A stretch of 64,000 nt of DNA from Candidatus Poribacteria bacterium (GCA_965197475.1 CBDANF010000003.1:2336001-2400000); one strand, 5' to 3'. Shown: positions 10,274 to 20,002, counted from the first letter of the stretch. The notes: generated by a model not told the origin, from the sequence alone. Made by a program: numbers and translations.

Positions 10274-10639
10274 TTGAATATATTAGGTATCGACTTTACT
10301 TTCTTTGGGGTGAGCGATATGCAGAAATCACTCGCCTTTTATCGTGATGTCCTTGGCATTTCATTGGCATGTTTAGTGCATGAAGGCACATGGGCAGAAT
10401 TTGAGATAAACCCCGGCACGCTTGTATTAGGACATGGTTATGATTTTACGCCTCCTGGTGGCGGGACAGTCGCGCTTGCGGTTGACGACACCGAGGCTGC
10501 CGTAGAAGAATTGCAACAAACAGGAATCCATATACATTCGGCTCTGGCTGAATCCCCTGTATGTTTTTGGGCGATTGTTGAAGACCCTGATGGTAATCGT
10601 GTTATCATACATCAGCGAAAGGATAAGACAGTCGGTTGA
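10274..10639 (+). CDS. VOC/glyoxalase family protein
   Basis: VSDMQKSLAFYRDVLG and EDPDGN motifs. Confidence 0.85.
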   Translation: MNILGIDFTFFGVSDMQKSLAFYRDVLGISLACLVHEGTWAEFEINPGTLVLGHGYDFTPPGGGTVALAVDDTEAAVEELQQTGIHIHSALAESPVCFWAIVEDPDGNRVIIHQRKDKTVG

Positions 10640-10804
10640 GACACAAGGTTAGCTAACAATTCTATGTGAATGGTAAAAAACCTATTTAAACGAATGATAA
10701 AATATATTTTACAATTCGCGTAAATTGTGGTATAGTAGTACATAAACTCATAGTTTATAGGAAAATATAATTTACTTTTATTTCAGAAAACAAAGGAATT
10801 TAAC

Positions 10805-11323
10805 GTGCATATCAAAACAATCACAAAATTTGCATTTATATTGTCTATTGCTGTTTTCGTTATGGGACTTTTCGGGTGTGAACGGACACCACAATTGCTT
10901 GAATCGGTAGACTCTTATACAGATGATCCAATTCCGATGGGAGAACGCGACCATGTTTGGGTTGTCGATCAGGACGGTGTTGAGATGCCTGTGCCGGGAA
11001 CATGGGTGTTGGTATCACATACACACTTAAATTCAACATCTACAATCGGTGAAAGTTTCACCTTACCTGCAGATCCGCAGCATAGTGTTGAGATATCGGA
11101 CGGAACATACGCAGACGGTGAAGGTATCCTTTGGACAAAGGTAAAAATAACAACCGCTGAGGGGGATAAGTGGCAATTCCTTGAACGTGTTGACACAAGC
11201 GTTTCGCCGCATCAACTACACGTTGTAGTCACAGTAGATGATGGCGGTTTGCCTACATTGGAATACGGTGAATATCCTTTTGATTTACCAAAACATAACG
11301 TACAAATCTGGGAGAAACAGTAA
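10805..11323 (+). CDS. Hypothetical lipoprotein
   Basis: Signal peptide with lipobox LFGC. Confidence 0.6.
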   Translation: MHIKTITKFAFILSIAVFVMGLFGCERTPQLLESVDSYTDDPIPMGERDHVWVVDQDGVEMPVPGTWVLVSHTHLNSTSTIGESFTLPADPQHSVEISDGTYADGEGILWTKVKITTAEGDKWQFLERVDTSVSPHQLHVVVTVDDGGLPTLEYGEYPFDLPKHNVQIWEKQ

Positions 11324-11341
11324 AATAGCGTCCATTAACCT

Positions 11342-12580
11342 ATGCACATACCGATGCTCTTCCGTTTTTCACTCTACGGATTCTTAAAAAATCAACGTTA
11401 CTACGATCCGTTTCTGATTTTAGCATTTCGTGAGAAAGGTTTATCCTTTTTTCAAATTGGTATTCTGATTGGATTTCGGGAGGTTTGCACCAACATCTTT
11501 GAGATTCCCTCTGGCGCGGTTGCGGACCTTTACGGTAGGCGGCGCGCTATGATTTTTTCGTTCGGTGCCTATATCGCCTCTTTCGCTACGTTCGCTGTGA
11601 GTAAATCACTGTTTCTGCTGTTCGGTGGTATGTTTTTCTTCGGCTTAGGTGATGCCTTTCGTAGCGGCACACACAAAGCGATGATTTTTGACTGGCTCCG
11701 TCTGCAAGGTAGATCTGACGAGAAAACAAAAATATACGGCTTTACACGTTCCTGGTCGCAGATGGGTTCGGCACTTTCTGTTCTCATCGCAGGAGTTTTA
11801 GTATTTTATCGTGGCAATTTCACAGACATCTTCTGGTTTTCAATCATACCATACTTGTTGAACATCGTTAACTTTCTCGGTTATCCAGCACAGTTAGATG
11901 GGGATAGACAGAGCGAGTTTTCCCTCAAAGCGGTTTCACGTTTGCTTGGCAGTGCGTTGAAACAGTCAGTGCAATTTCCACCCCTCCGCCGCTTAGTTTT
12001 TGAGGGAATGGGTTTTGAGGGGATGTATAAGGCGAGTAAGGACTTCCTCCAACCGATACTCAAACAGACAGCCATTGCATTGCCCTTTCTCATAACATTG
12101 GATGAATCAAAAAGGTCGGCACTGCTCGTAGGAGGTGTCTATTTTGTGCTTTATTTTCTATCGTCTTTTGCCTCACGCAATTCCCACCGAGTCTCAGATT
12201 GGCGGGGTGGAGACGAAGGTGCAGCACAGTTTATGTGGTGGATAGATTTAGCCCTTTTTGCTCTCTTGATTCCGGCACTTTGGTTCAAATTGTATCCGGC
12301 GATAATTGCGCTTTTTGTCGCATTGGCAATCCTTCAAAACTTCTGGAGACCTGGCTTGATAAGCCGTTTTAACGCGCAGTCCACACCAGAAATGAGTGCG
12401 ACGATCTTATCTATTGAGGCGCAATCCAAATCGTTGGCAACAATTGTTCTTGCACCACTGCTTGGCTGGTTGGTAGACCGAGTCGGAAACTTCTCGCCAG
12501 TGGGTATTGTTGGGGCGTGCATTGCAATAGCAATTCTTCTCGCCTACCACAGAGAATTGGAAGTAGATCCGAAAATATAA
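11342..12580 (+). CDS. MFS transporter
   Basis: FEIPSGAVADLYGRR motif A; about 12 hydrophobic segments. Confidence 0.9.
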   Translation: MHIPMLFRFSLYGFLKNQRYYDPFLILAFREKGLSFFQIGILIGFREVCTNIFEIPSGAVADLYGRRRAMIFSFGAYIASFATFAVSKSLFLLFGGMFFFGLGDAFRSGTHKAMIFDWLRLQGRSDEKTKIYGFTRSWSQMGSALSVLIAGVLVFYRGNFTDIFWFSIIPYLLNIVNFLGYPAQLDGDRQSEFSLKAVSRLLGSALKQSVQFPPLRRLVFEGMGFEGMYKASKDFLQPILKQTAIALPFLITLDESKRSALLVGGVYFVLYFLSSFASRNSHRVSDWRGGDEGAAQFMWWIDLALFALLIPALWFKLYPAIIALFVALAILQNFWRPGLISRFNAQSTPEMSATILSIEAQSKSLATIVLAPLLGWLVDRVGNFSPVGIVGACIAIAILLAYHRELEVDPKI

Positions 12581-12611
12581 TCCAGATTTATTGACTTAAT
12601 AGTAACCGACA

Positions 12612-13262
12612 ATGGAACAGCTATCCCTATTTCCCTTATTTGATCAACATTTTTTTCAACCTCAACCTACGCCGAAAAACGAGGAGGCGATCAATAAAAT
12701 CCGTGGGTTACGGTATATAGCAGACTATATCACGGAGTTCCAACATGATTGGTTGTTAGACCAGATTGACAAACAACATTGGCACTACTTTTCCAAGCGG
12801 CGCTATCAACATTACGGACCTACGTATGACCACAAAACGGGAAAGTTGAACCATGATAAACCAATGAGCAATTTACCGGAATGGTTGAAAAGACTTTGCC
12901 AAAAATTACACAAAGATGGACACATACCGGAGGTCCCAAATCAGGTGCTTATCAATGAATATGAACCTGGACAAGGCATTGGAGGACATATTGATAAAGA
13001 ACCCTGGTTTAAGGATACAATAATCGCTTTGAGTCTGGGATCGAGTTGTATTATGGAATTCACAAACCAATATGACAAAACGAAAAAAGTTCCGGTTTGG
13101 CTTGCGCAGCGAAGTATTGCTGTATTGAGGGAGGCGGCGAGATATACGTGGTTGCACGGTATTCCCTCCAGAAAATCGGATGTGTGGGATGGACGCAAGT
13201 TCCCGCGGCAGCGACGAATATCGCTAACGTTTAGACAAGCGATAATAGAATATAAAGGATGA
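12612..13262 (+). CDS. AlkB-like 2OG-Fe(II) dioxygenase (paralog 1)
   Basis: NEYEPGQGIGGHID, SLGS, HGI, RISLTFR. Confidence 0.9.
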   Translation: MEQLSLFPLFDQHFFQPQPTPKNEEAINKIRGLRYIADYITEFQHDWLLDQIDKQHWHYFSKRRYQHYGPTYDHKTGKLNHDKPMSNLPEWLKRLCQKLHKDGHIPEVPNQVLINEYEPGQGIGGHIDKEPWFKDTIIALSLGSSCIMEFTNQYDKTKKVPVWLAQRSIAVLREAARYTWLHGIPSRKSDVWDGRKFPRQRRISLTFRQAIIEYKG

Positions 13263-13271
13263 CAAATTTCC

Positions 13272-13300
13272 TTGACGAACCTGATATTGTCACGTATAAT
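13272..13300 (+). promoter_or_regulatory. sigma70-type promoter
   Basis: TTGACG-17 nt-TATAAT upstream of 13376. Confidence 0.6.
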
Positions 13301-13375
13301 TTAAATTAACATGGCACGAGGTAAATTGCTGTAATCAAACGTTGTGATGCCTTTCCAAGAGTAAGATCCTAAAAC

Positions 13376-14287
13376 ATGTACTATATACACTGTCCACATG
13401 ACAACCATTATGAACTTGATGAGAACCTAAAGAATCTGTTTGAAGAGTTAGTAATACAACCATTTCAAGATGAATTACCGACCTTAGCGGAGGATATTAG
13501 AAATATAAAACCATTTTACTGGGAAGATATAGCACGGATTCTGAAGCAAGGGCAGAGCAATTTTGATAAAACATCGTTTGATGAGTCGTCTAATAAGTGG
13601 TATTTTCCAAAAGAAAAGGTGTTACTTTATTGTGCCCATTACATGTCTATGCACCTCTACAGTTCGTATCATATTTTTAAGAATCACCTTTCATCCGTAA
13701 GTGAAAGTGTCATATTTATTGACTTTGGTTGTGGCCCGTTAACTTCAGGTATTGCGTTTTGGGCTGCTACAAGACATAGCAACATCACTTATATTGGAAT
13801 TGACAAATCGGTTACAATGCGTAAGATGGCTGAGGAAATCAACCTACATGGACCCTATGGAACCTCCGGAAGTAGAGAACTTTTTTTTGGAGATGCTTAT
13901 CTGATTAGCGACTATAACATTGAGTTGCCAGAGTTATTGGATGAGATTATAGCTGGAACTTCTGTTGATACTTTGATTATATTTAACTTCTCCCATTTTC
14001 TTCAAAGTAAAACATTTGAAGATCTATCAAATAGCGACAACAATCTGTCAAACATCGAAATATTAGGCGAGCTACTTGAGGAATTAGCATGGAAGTACGA
14101 CAATAATAAAATATGTCTTGTATATCAGGATCCCAAGCGTGATAAATTTCAAAAAAGGTGGTATAACCTCAAATCTTGGGTTAATAAACCTGATTCTATA
14201 TTTGATTTATCAGGTTTTACGTGTAATGACCGCACGGAAAAGACGTTATTAAAGTATGAAACTGTATGGAAAAAGATAGACAAGTAA
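13376..14287 (+). CDS. Class I SAM-dependent methyltransferase-like protein
   Basis: FIDFGCGPLT motif I and YIGID motif II; AT-rich. It may extend to about 14346 if the A-run near 14270 is miscalled. Confidence 0.65.
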   Translation: MYYIHCPHDNHYELDENLKNLFEELVIQPFQDELPTLAEDIRNIKPFYWEDIARILKQGQSNFDKTSFDESSNKWYFPKEKVLLYCAHYMSMHLYSSYHIFKNHLSSVSESVIFIDFGCGPLTSGIAFWAATRHSNITYIGIDKSVTMRKMAEEINLHGPYGTSGSRELFFGDAYLISDYNIELPELLDEIIAGTSVDTLIIFNFSHFLQSKTFEDLSNSDNNLSNIEILGELLEELAWKYDNNKICLVYQDPKRDKFQKRWYNLKSWVNKPDSIFDLSGFTCNDRTEKTLLKYETVWKKIDK

Positions 14288-14366
14288 CTGTCTCTCATGA
14301 TAGTATTAACAACTTTTTTTACCTTGAGAATTATTCTGATAGGTAATTTTCAATGGAGCACAAACC

Positions 14367-15008
14367 ATGGAACAACTATCTCTTTTTTCCTTACCAGAAC
14401 AGCAAACTGATCAACCAGAACCCACTTCAATAAAGGATGCACCAATTGATGCAATCAGTGGGTTGCGGTATATAGAAAACTATATCACTGAATTCCAACA
14501 TGAGTGGTTATTAGCAGAGATTGACAAACAGGAGTGGCTCAACGACCTAAAGCGAAGGGTTCAACATTACGGTTTTAAGTACGATTACAAAGCGCGGAAA
14601 GTGAACTATGATATGCGTATTGGTGAGTTGCCGGGGTGGTTGAAAAGACTCAGTCACAAATTACATGAGGATGGACACATGCTGGAAGTAGCGGATCAAG
14701 TAATTGTCAATGAATACGAGCCAGGGCAAGGTATCGCGGGTCATATTGATTGTAAGCCTTGTTTTGAGAACACGATAATCTCCTTGAGTTTGGGATCAAG
14801 TTGTGTGATGGATTTCACATACAAAGATATTAAGGGAAAAAAGATATCGCACCTACTTGAACCAAGGAGCCTTATCGTTCTAAGTGGTGAAGCGCGAAAA
14901 AATTGGCTACACGGTATTGCTGCCAGAAAATCGGATGTGTGGGATGGTCAAAAACATGAACGGGGGCGGCGTGTATCGTTAACGTTTAGAAAAGTGATTA
15001 TAGAATGA
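14367..15008 (+). CDS. AlkB-like 2OG-Fe(II) dioxygenase (paralog 2)
   Basis: RRVQHYG, NEYEPGQGIAGHID, HGI, RVSLTFR; clearly homologous to 12612..13262. Confidence 0.9.
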   Translation: MEQLSLFSLPEQQTDQPEPTSIKDAPIDAISGLRYIENYITEFQHEWLLAEIDKQEWLNDLKRRVQHYGFKYDYKARKVNYDMRIGELPGWLKRLSHKLHEDGHMLEVADQVIVNEYEPGQGIAGHIDCKPCFENTIISLSLGSSCVMDFTYKDIKGKKISHLLEPRSLIVLSGEARKNWLHGIAARKSDVWDGQKHERGRRVSLTFRKVIIE

Positions 15009-15075
15009 TACTGAAAATGCTTTGGTGGGAATGGAGGCACGGTCGTGAGACCGCGCCGTATATAACCGAGGGTAG

Positions 15076-15747
15076 TTAGAAACGTTCCGTCTTAACAGAT
15101 GCCCATTGCGTTGTCAATTTTTCTTTAGCATCAACGGGGAGCGGTTCGTCAAGCGTCAAATCATCTGCCGGTTCACCTTCAAAGAAACGGAAGTTATCAA
15201 GCCAGAAATCAACATCCGATTGCGCTATAGATAACCCCACCCACATGTCTCTGTTAACATCTGATGTTGGCGTAAAAGTGTAAGAATATTCTTCCCACTC
15301 TGGCCCTGTTAGATTAAAATTTTTACCTTGACCATGAAAGGTTGCCCATGGATCGCGTTGCTGCTGAATATTTATACTCACCTCTCGCGGTTCTTCAGCG
15401 CGCGCCCAGAAAATCAAAGTATACTGCTTGCTATTTTTCATTGAAACGTCCAACTGTTTAACCTTTGCGTGCCAAGCCATGTCGGTTGCTTTGACACCGA
15501 TAACTTTAAGACATTTGTCCCCGTGCTGCGGGTTGTTCGTGTCAATTTCCCACCGATACTCTCCACCCCGATCACAACACGTGCCATCCTCTAAGGTCCA
15601 AGCGGCTAAATCCTCTTCAAAACTATAGTTTTCAAGAAGTAGTTCGCCCTTCTCCCATTTTCCTAATTCTGGAACAGTACCTGCAAAGGCACTAAATCCT
15701 ATTAGCATAGTCATTAAGAATACATTTACAATAATAACTCTGTTCAC
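15076..15747 (-). CDS. Secreted carbohydrate-binding (CBM4/9-like) protein with conserved C-terminal tail
   Basis: Signal peptide, NYSFEE, YTLIFWARA, FWLDNFRF; tail PVDAKEKLTTQWASVK. Confidence 0.7.
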   Translation of the reverse strand: MNRVIIVNVFLMTMLIGFSAFAGTVPELGKWEKGELLLENYSFEEDLAAWTLEDGTCCDRGGEYRWEIDTNNPQHGDKCLKVIGVKATDMAWHAKVKQLDVSMKNSKQYTLIFWARAEEPREVSINIQQQRDPWATFHGQGKNFNLTGPEWEEYSYTFTPTSDVNRDMWVGLSIAQSDVDFWLDNFRFFEGEPADDLTLDEPLPVDAKEKLTTQWASVKTERF

Positions 15748-15791
15748 GTAAATTTCTCCTTTGCGCGCTTTGCAGGCGCGCCTTATATGAT

Positions 15792-17147
15792 CTGATATTT
15801 CTCAGAATGGTCTTGAACCTAATAATAATCAATAGAAACAAGGTATAGCACCATGAAAATGCGTTTTTGCTGTGTCCATTTTCCTTGACTTTTATAGCAT
15901 GAGATAGCATCCTAATTACAGATTTGAATATAAACAAACATTAGGAGGATATCTCATGCTAACTCAGCTTATCAAATCTACCACTTTTTTTCAAGAACTT
16001 CTATCTTCACAGTTTCGGACCTTGAAACAGCATTTTGTTCATACCTTAGTGTTTTTGTCAACCTGCCATCTGTTTGGGCTCACTAACCCGGATCAAGTGG
16101 CGGATGCGTTGTCTATTCCGAAAACGAGGCTATATCGGGAACTGAACACGATGAGTCTTTATCTCTGGCAGCATCTTTTTGTGCGTATCGGGTGTTCTAT
16201 TGCGTTAGAGGTGCTACAGGAGGCAGTATCAAAAAGTGCTGCTTCTCTATCGCGTCTGTGTATCGTCATCAGTGTGGATGATACCTTTGTTTTCCGCTAT
16301 GGAGAGGGTCTCGCCTACACATCCAATTGGTGGTCTTCTCAAGCAAAACAGCCGATGAAGGGGCAAAATATATTGGGGATCGTCCTAAAGATTGGAAAAC
16401 GGATCATTCCCCTGAATATGCGACTGATCAGCAAACAAGGACGCGGGAATACGGATAAACCCTCCTGTGTCATCACTATGTTCAAGGAAATCTTGTCTTT
16501 CTTTGAAGGGACCGGAATAGATATCCGAAACTATCCGGTCACCTTTGATTCATGGTATGGTAGCCGCCATTTGATTGACACCTTGCGAGAAATGGGATTT
16601 GAAACGATCCTTGTGCACGGAAAAAGCAACTATGTGATGACGATTGATGAAAAAAGGGCGAAACTCTCGGAACATAAAAAGTCGATCCAACTCCTCTCCA
16701 ATCAATGGGGGTGCGATAAACCGGTCTATCGGACTAAAGCCACAAGTCCAACTTTTGGAAAAGTAGTGGTGTTGTTCTTTGCAGACCGTGGCAAAGTCCG
16801 AACAATGCTCGTATTCGGGAAACCACTCCGTGCTTGTGAAATCCTGCGGATATGGTCTCAACACCACGGTATAGAACAGTATTGGCGGCATCTAAAAACA
16901 GACCTAAACCTCGCATCCATGAGCCTAAAAGGACGGAATGGCGCGTATGTGAACTTAGGTGTGAAAGTGATGAGCTACCTTTTGATACAGCAGGTCAGTC
17001 GCTCCGTGCGAAAAACCTTTCATCAAGGACAACTTGAACTTTCAGGACAGAGGCAGATGCTGTCTGATCTCAGCGAGCATTTTCATGAACAAATACCAAG
17101 AAAACATTGATAAACATTGACATATGAAGAATTTTGATAAATATCAG
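15792..17147 (+). mobile_element. IS701/IS4-like insertion sequence, full-length copy
   Basis: 17-bp TIRs CTGATATTTCTCAGAAT and (reverse complement) CTGATATTTATCAAAAT; the left end matches the copy ending at 59318. Confidence 0.85.
15956..17110 (+). CDS. DDE transposase (IS701/IS4-like)
   Basis: SVDDT, FDSWYG, GIEQYWRHLK motifs. Confidence 0.9.
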   Translation: MLTQLIKSTTFFQELLSSQFRTLKQHFVHTLVFLSTCHLFGLTNPDQVADALSIPKTRLYRELNTMSLYLWQHLFVRIGCSIALEVLQEAVSKSAASLSRLCIVISVDDTFVFRYGEGLAYTSNWWSSQAKQPMKGQNILGIVLKIGKRIIPLNMRLISKQGRGNTDKPSCVITMFKEILSFFEGTGIDIRNYPVTFDSWYGSRHLIDTLREMGFETILVHGKSNYVMTIDEKRAKLSEHKKSIQLLSNQWGCDKPVYRTKATSPTFGKVVVLFFADRGKVRTMLVFGKPLRACEILRIWSQHHGIEQYWRHLKTDLNLASMSLKGRNGAYVNLGVKVMSYLLIQQVSRSVRKTFHQGQLELSGQRQMLSDLSEHFHEQIPRKH

Positions 17148-17273
17148 TAGGTATTCTCCGGGAACTAATTGTTTAACCCATTCTACAAACTGAATTAGCG
17201 TTGTAAAATGGGTTGTTTCATTTTCTGGCATGATATGTGCCCTATAATAAAAAATGAGTCTATCTTTAGTGGA

Positions 17274-17534
17274 CTATGAATGATGCTCTTTAAATTTCAA
17301 ATGTTTTCGATCATTGCCAATATCTACCCACATATCAAAAACCTTTGGAAGGAACTGCGTACCATCCAACTTGCGCCAAAAATACGTTTTTTCCAGTCGT
17401 CCCCGGATAAGTTTAGCATCAAATAAATATATTTCAATCTCTTCAACTGAATCACCTTCAATCATTTCAGGGTTTACTCGAATAGGTTTCGGATCGCCCG
17501 CTTGTATTCTTGCTTTACCATAATGATAATTCAT
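17274..17534 (-). CDS. Small hypothetical protein
   Basis: GAGG RBS and a candidate promoter TTGACT-18-TACAAT at 17655..17626. Confidence 0.55.
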   Translation of the reverse strand: MNYHYGKARIQAGDPKPIRVNPEMIEGDSVEEIEIYLFDAKLIRGRLEKTYFWRKLDGTQFLPKVFDMWVDIGNDRKHLKFKEHHS

Positions 17535-17689
17535 TGTTTCCTCTTCATTTTACTTTTATTGGATTTCGCAGTGTTCAGAATCAAGTTATTTTTCCTTTAG
17601 ATTACGAAATTCAGATAATGACAAAATTGTATCACAAAACTATACTAAAAGTCAAGTAGAAATCCAGCGATTTTTCAGTTCAAGCGTAC

Positions 17690-17723
17690 AAAAAATTGGG
17701 GACAGAGGAAAAACCTCTGTCCC
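17690..17723 (-). terminator. Intrinsic terminator
   Basis: Stem GGGACAGAGG/CCTCTGTCCC followed by a T-run on the minus strand. Confidence 0.75.
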
Positions 17724-17880
17724 GTCAGAAAGTGTGCGACACTTAGTGCCACACCAAAGGGCGTAACACTAAGTGCCACACCTCCTCTGATTTGCTAACA
17801 TAACAAATACCTCCTTTTCCGCAATACAGCGGTAATAGGATACCATTATCAAAAAATGATAATGATTCACCTATACACAT
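17724..17880 (-). ncRNA. Candidate structured RNA or leader of unknown family
   Basis: 22-bp stem at 17734-17781 in which every non-Watson-Crick pair is G-U on the minus strand; further hairpins upstream; 10-aa ORF 17801..17769 with AGGAGG RBS. Confidence 0.45.
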
Positions 17881-17929
17881 TTTCGGATGCACTTTTGGTT
17901 AGTATTGTCCAAAAAGTCGCAAAATAATT

Positions 17930-18751
17930 TTATTTTAAGAACTCTTGAAGTGTGGCATGCAGCCGTGAAGATGTAATCTGCTCCTCTATAGGGTTATCGT
18001 TTTCCCATTCGCTTCGTTCAATTCCCATCGTGTAAACGGGTACGTCTGCATCAGTGTAACTGAGGTATTGGAATCCCACTTTTTCAAAACATGTGAGTGC
18101 TGCACCGTTATCATGTGAAACCTGTAGAGTAATATGAACAGCGTTCAACTCTTCAAAAGCATAGTGGACAGCCTCAGTAAGTGCGTCTGTCCCGTAGCCG
18201 CGGGCGCGATAGTGAGGTCGAATGATTACGAACTCCACAACAACGATATCAGCGTTACATCGCAAGAGCATAAACCCAAGGAGCAGTCGTGTGATGCGCG
18301 TTTCAATCGAAAGGGCATGGGTTTCTGCGTTCTCCATCCAACGCCGCCAATCTTCTATAAAGGTTTCAAACGACACTTTTTGTGTATAGAGGATGTCCCT
18401 AATACCGGGAAGATTTATCCATCCCCAAATTCGGCGCACTTCATTCAGAGTTGTAGAACGGAGTCGAATTCCTCCGTCTTGGAGACGCTCCAATTTATGT
18501 AACTCAGTACGCAAATTTTCCAATTGCGTGGAATGTATGTCAACATGTGTTTCTGCTGCACGTATCTTTCGCGAATTGGGGCTTTCCAGGAATTGTGCTT
18601 GCTTCAGACGGTTCTGAAAATATCTTAGCTTCTGCTCAGTTCTATGAATAATCCGCTGCAACCCTTGAATAACATTTTTCCACTTCTCTGGATTAGCGTT
18701 TGCGTCGGCGTTCAATTCGGTTTTTTCGTTTTTTATCTGAGTTTCGCTCAT
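17930..18751 (-). CDS. N-terminal coiled-coil plus GNAT (RimJ/RimL-like) acetyltransferase
   Basis: IRPHYRARGYGT, AFEELN, DNGAALTCFEKVGF; RBS and ATG at 18751 lie inside the rsgA 3' end. Confidence 0.75.
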   Translation of the reverse strand: MSETQIKNEKTELNADANANPEKWKNVIQGLQRIIHRTEQKLRYFQNRLKQAQFLESPNSRKIRAAETHVDIHSTQLENLRTELHKLERLQDGGIRLRSTTLNEVRRIWGWINLPGIRDILYTQKVSFETFIEDWRRWMENAETHALSIETRITRLLLGFMLLRCNADIVVVEFVIIRPHYRARGYGTDALTEAVHYAFEELNAVHITLQVSHDNGAALTCFEKVGFQYLSYTDADVPVYTMGIERSEWENDNPIEEQITSSRLHATLQEFLK

Positions 18752-19697
18752 ATCTTCCTTCTGTGAATCCAGCGATACGGAGGTAACTCTCATATCTAAG
18801 TGAGCTGATGTCCCCTGTTTCAACTGCTCGTTTGACTGCACAGGTGGGTTCGTGGTGATGTGTACATGCAGCGAATTTACACTCTGGGATATAAGAACGC
18901 ATCTCTGGAAAGTGGATATCTAACCCTTGTTCATCGTCAATTTCAAGCAATCCGAGTGTTCGGATACCTGGTGTATCTGCAACAAACCCGCCGAATTCAA
19001 GCGGTAACAACATGACTTCCGTAGTTGTATGCTGACCCTTGTGAACGCGAGAGTCTACCTCACCTATGCACAATTGCAGTCCCGGTTGTAACGTATTCAG
19101 TAAGGAAGATTTTCCGACTCCGGATGAACCGACAATTGCTGAAATTCTATCCCGCATTACCTCGCGCAAATTGTCAATCCCAAAACCTGTCACTATGCTT
19201 GTATAAACAACTTTATACCCTAATTTTTCATATAACTTGAGTTCGCTTTGAACATTCTCCAATTTTGCCAAATCCATCTTGTTAATACAGATTACGGGGT
19301 CTATGTTTGAAGCTTCTGCGGTGACAAGAAACCGATCAAGCATCCGCAGTTTGAGTGTAGGGTGTCGTGCTGCAAAGATAATTAGCAGCATTTCAAGATT
19401 AGCCACAATAACTTGTCGCAAACCGTCCATGCGGATTCGCCCGAATTGGGTTTGCCGAGGTAGACATTCCTCAATGTACCCTGCCTTCACTGTGGATGCA
19501 GTAGAAATTCGGACTCGATCGCCTACAGCGACCAAATCAACGTATGGCATCTCTTTTGTTTCATTGAGGCGACGCTTTTCCGCTTCAATGAGGTGGTGGC
19601 GCAACGAACAGGTATAGCACAAGTTGCCAATCTGCACTTCGTAAGAACCACCACGCGCTTTTATTACAATGCCTTCCATAGCCATATAGTTTGCCAA
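18693..19697 (-). CDS. rsgA: Ribosome small subunit-dependent GTPase A
   Basis: VGDRV OB fold, NKMD, GSSGVGKSS, HTTT, DTPG, CKFAACTHHHEPTC zinc finger. Confidence 0.95.
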   Translation of the reverse strand: MANYMAMEGIVIKARGGSYEVQIGNLCYTCSLRHHLIEAEKRRLNETKEMPYVDLVAVGDRVRISTASTVKAGYIEECLPRQTQFGRIRMDGLRQVIVANLEMLLIIFAARHPTLKLRMLDRFLVTAEASNIDPVICINKMDLAKLENVQSELKLYEKLGYKVVYTSIVTGFGIDNLREVMRDRISAIVGSSGVGKSSLLNTLQPGLQLCIGEVDSRVHKGQHTTTEVMLLPLEFGGFVADTPGIRTLGLLEIDDEQGLDIHFPEMRSYIPECKFAACTHHHEPTCAVKRAVETGDISSLRYESYLRIAGFTEGRYERNSDKKRKNRIERRRKR

Positions 19698-19705
19698 AAT
19701 AGGTG

Positions 19706-20002
19706 TTATGCCCCCGGATTCCGCCAGATAATACGCCCTCGTGTTAGGTCATAAGGGGAAAGTTCAACAGTAACCTGATCTCCTGGAAGCACCCAGATAT
19801 TGTGTCGCATCATTTTCCCACCAAGATATGCCACAACTTTGTGGTCATTCTCTGTCAGCTCCACAGCGAATAGGTTTCCTGGTAGAGATTCTAAAACTAA
19901 CCCAGGCACACGGATGGCTGGATCTTTTGTTGACTCCAAACTTTCTTCCATTTTGTCTTCTCTCATTTTGTTTTTATTTTTCATCTTTTTATTCCGTTTC
20001 AT
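19706..20002 (-). CDS. infA: Translation initiation factor IF-1 with basic N-terminal extension
   Basis: [12 protein letters not shown]...GKM...[22 protein letters not shown]. Confidence 0.92.
   Translation of the reverse strand: MKRNKKMKNKNKMREDKMEESLESTKDPAIRVPGLVLESLPGNLFAVELTENDHKVVAYLGGKMMRHNIWVLPGDQVTVELSPYDLTRGRIIWRNPGA

Noticed and set aside
17729-17783. Two 27-bp direct repeats as a mini CRISPR array
   Set aside because: No spacer between the units, only two copies and no cas genes; better explained as an RNA hairpin.
17844-17875. Fur box (GATAATGAT...)
   Set aside because: Only a half-site matches, and the inverted repeat has the wrong orientation and spacing; it fits an RNA hairpin equally well.
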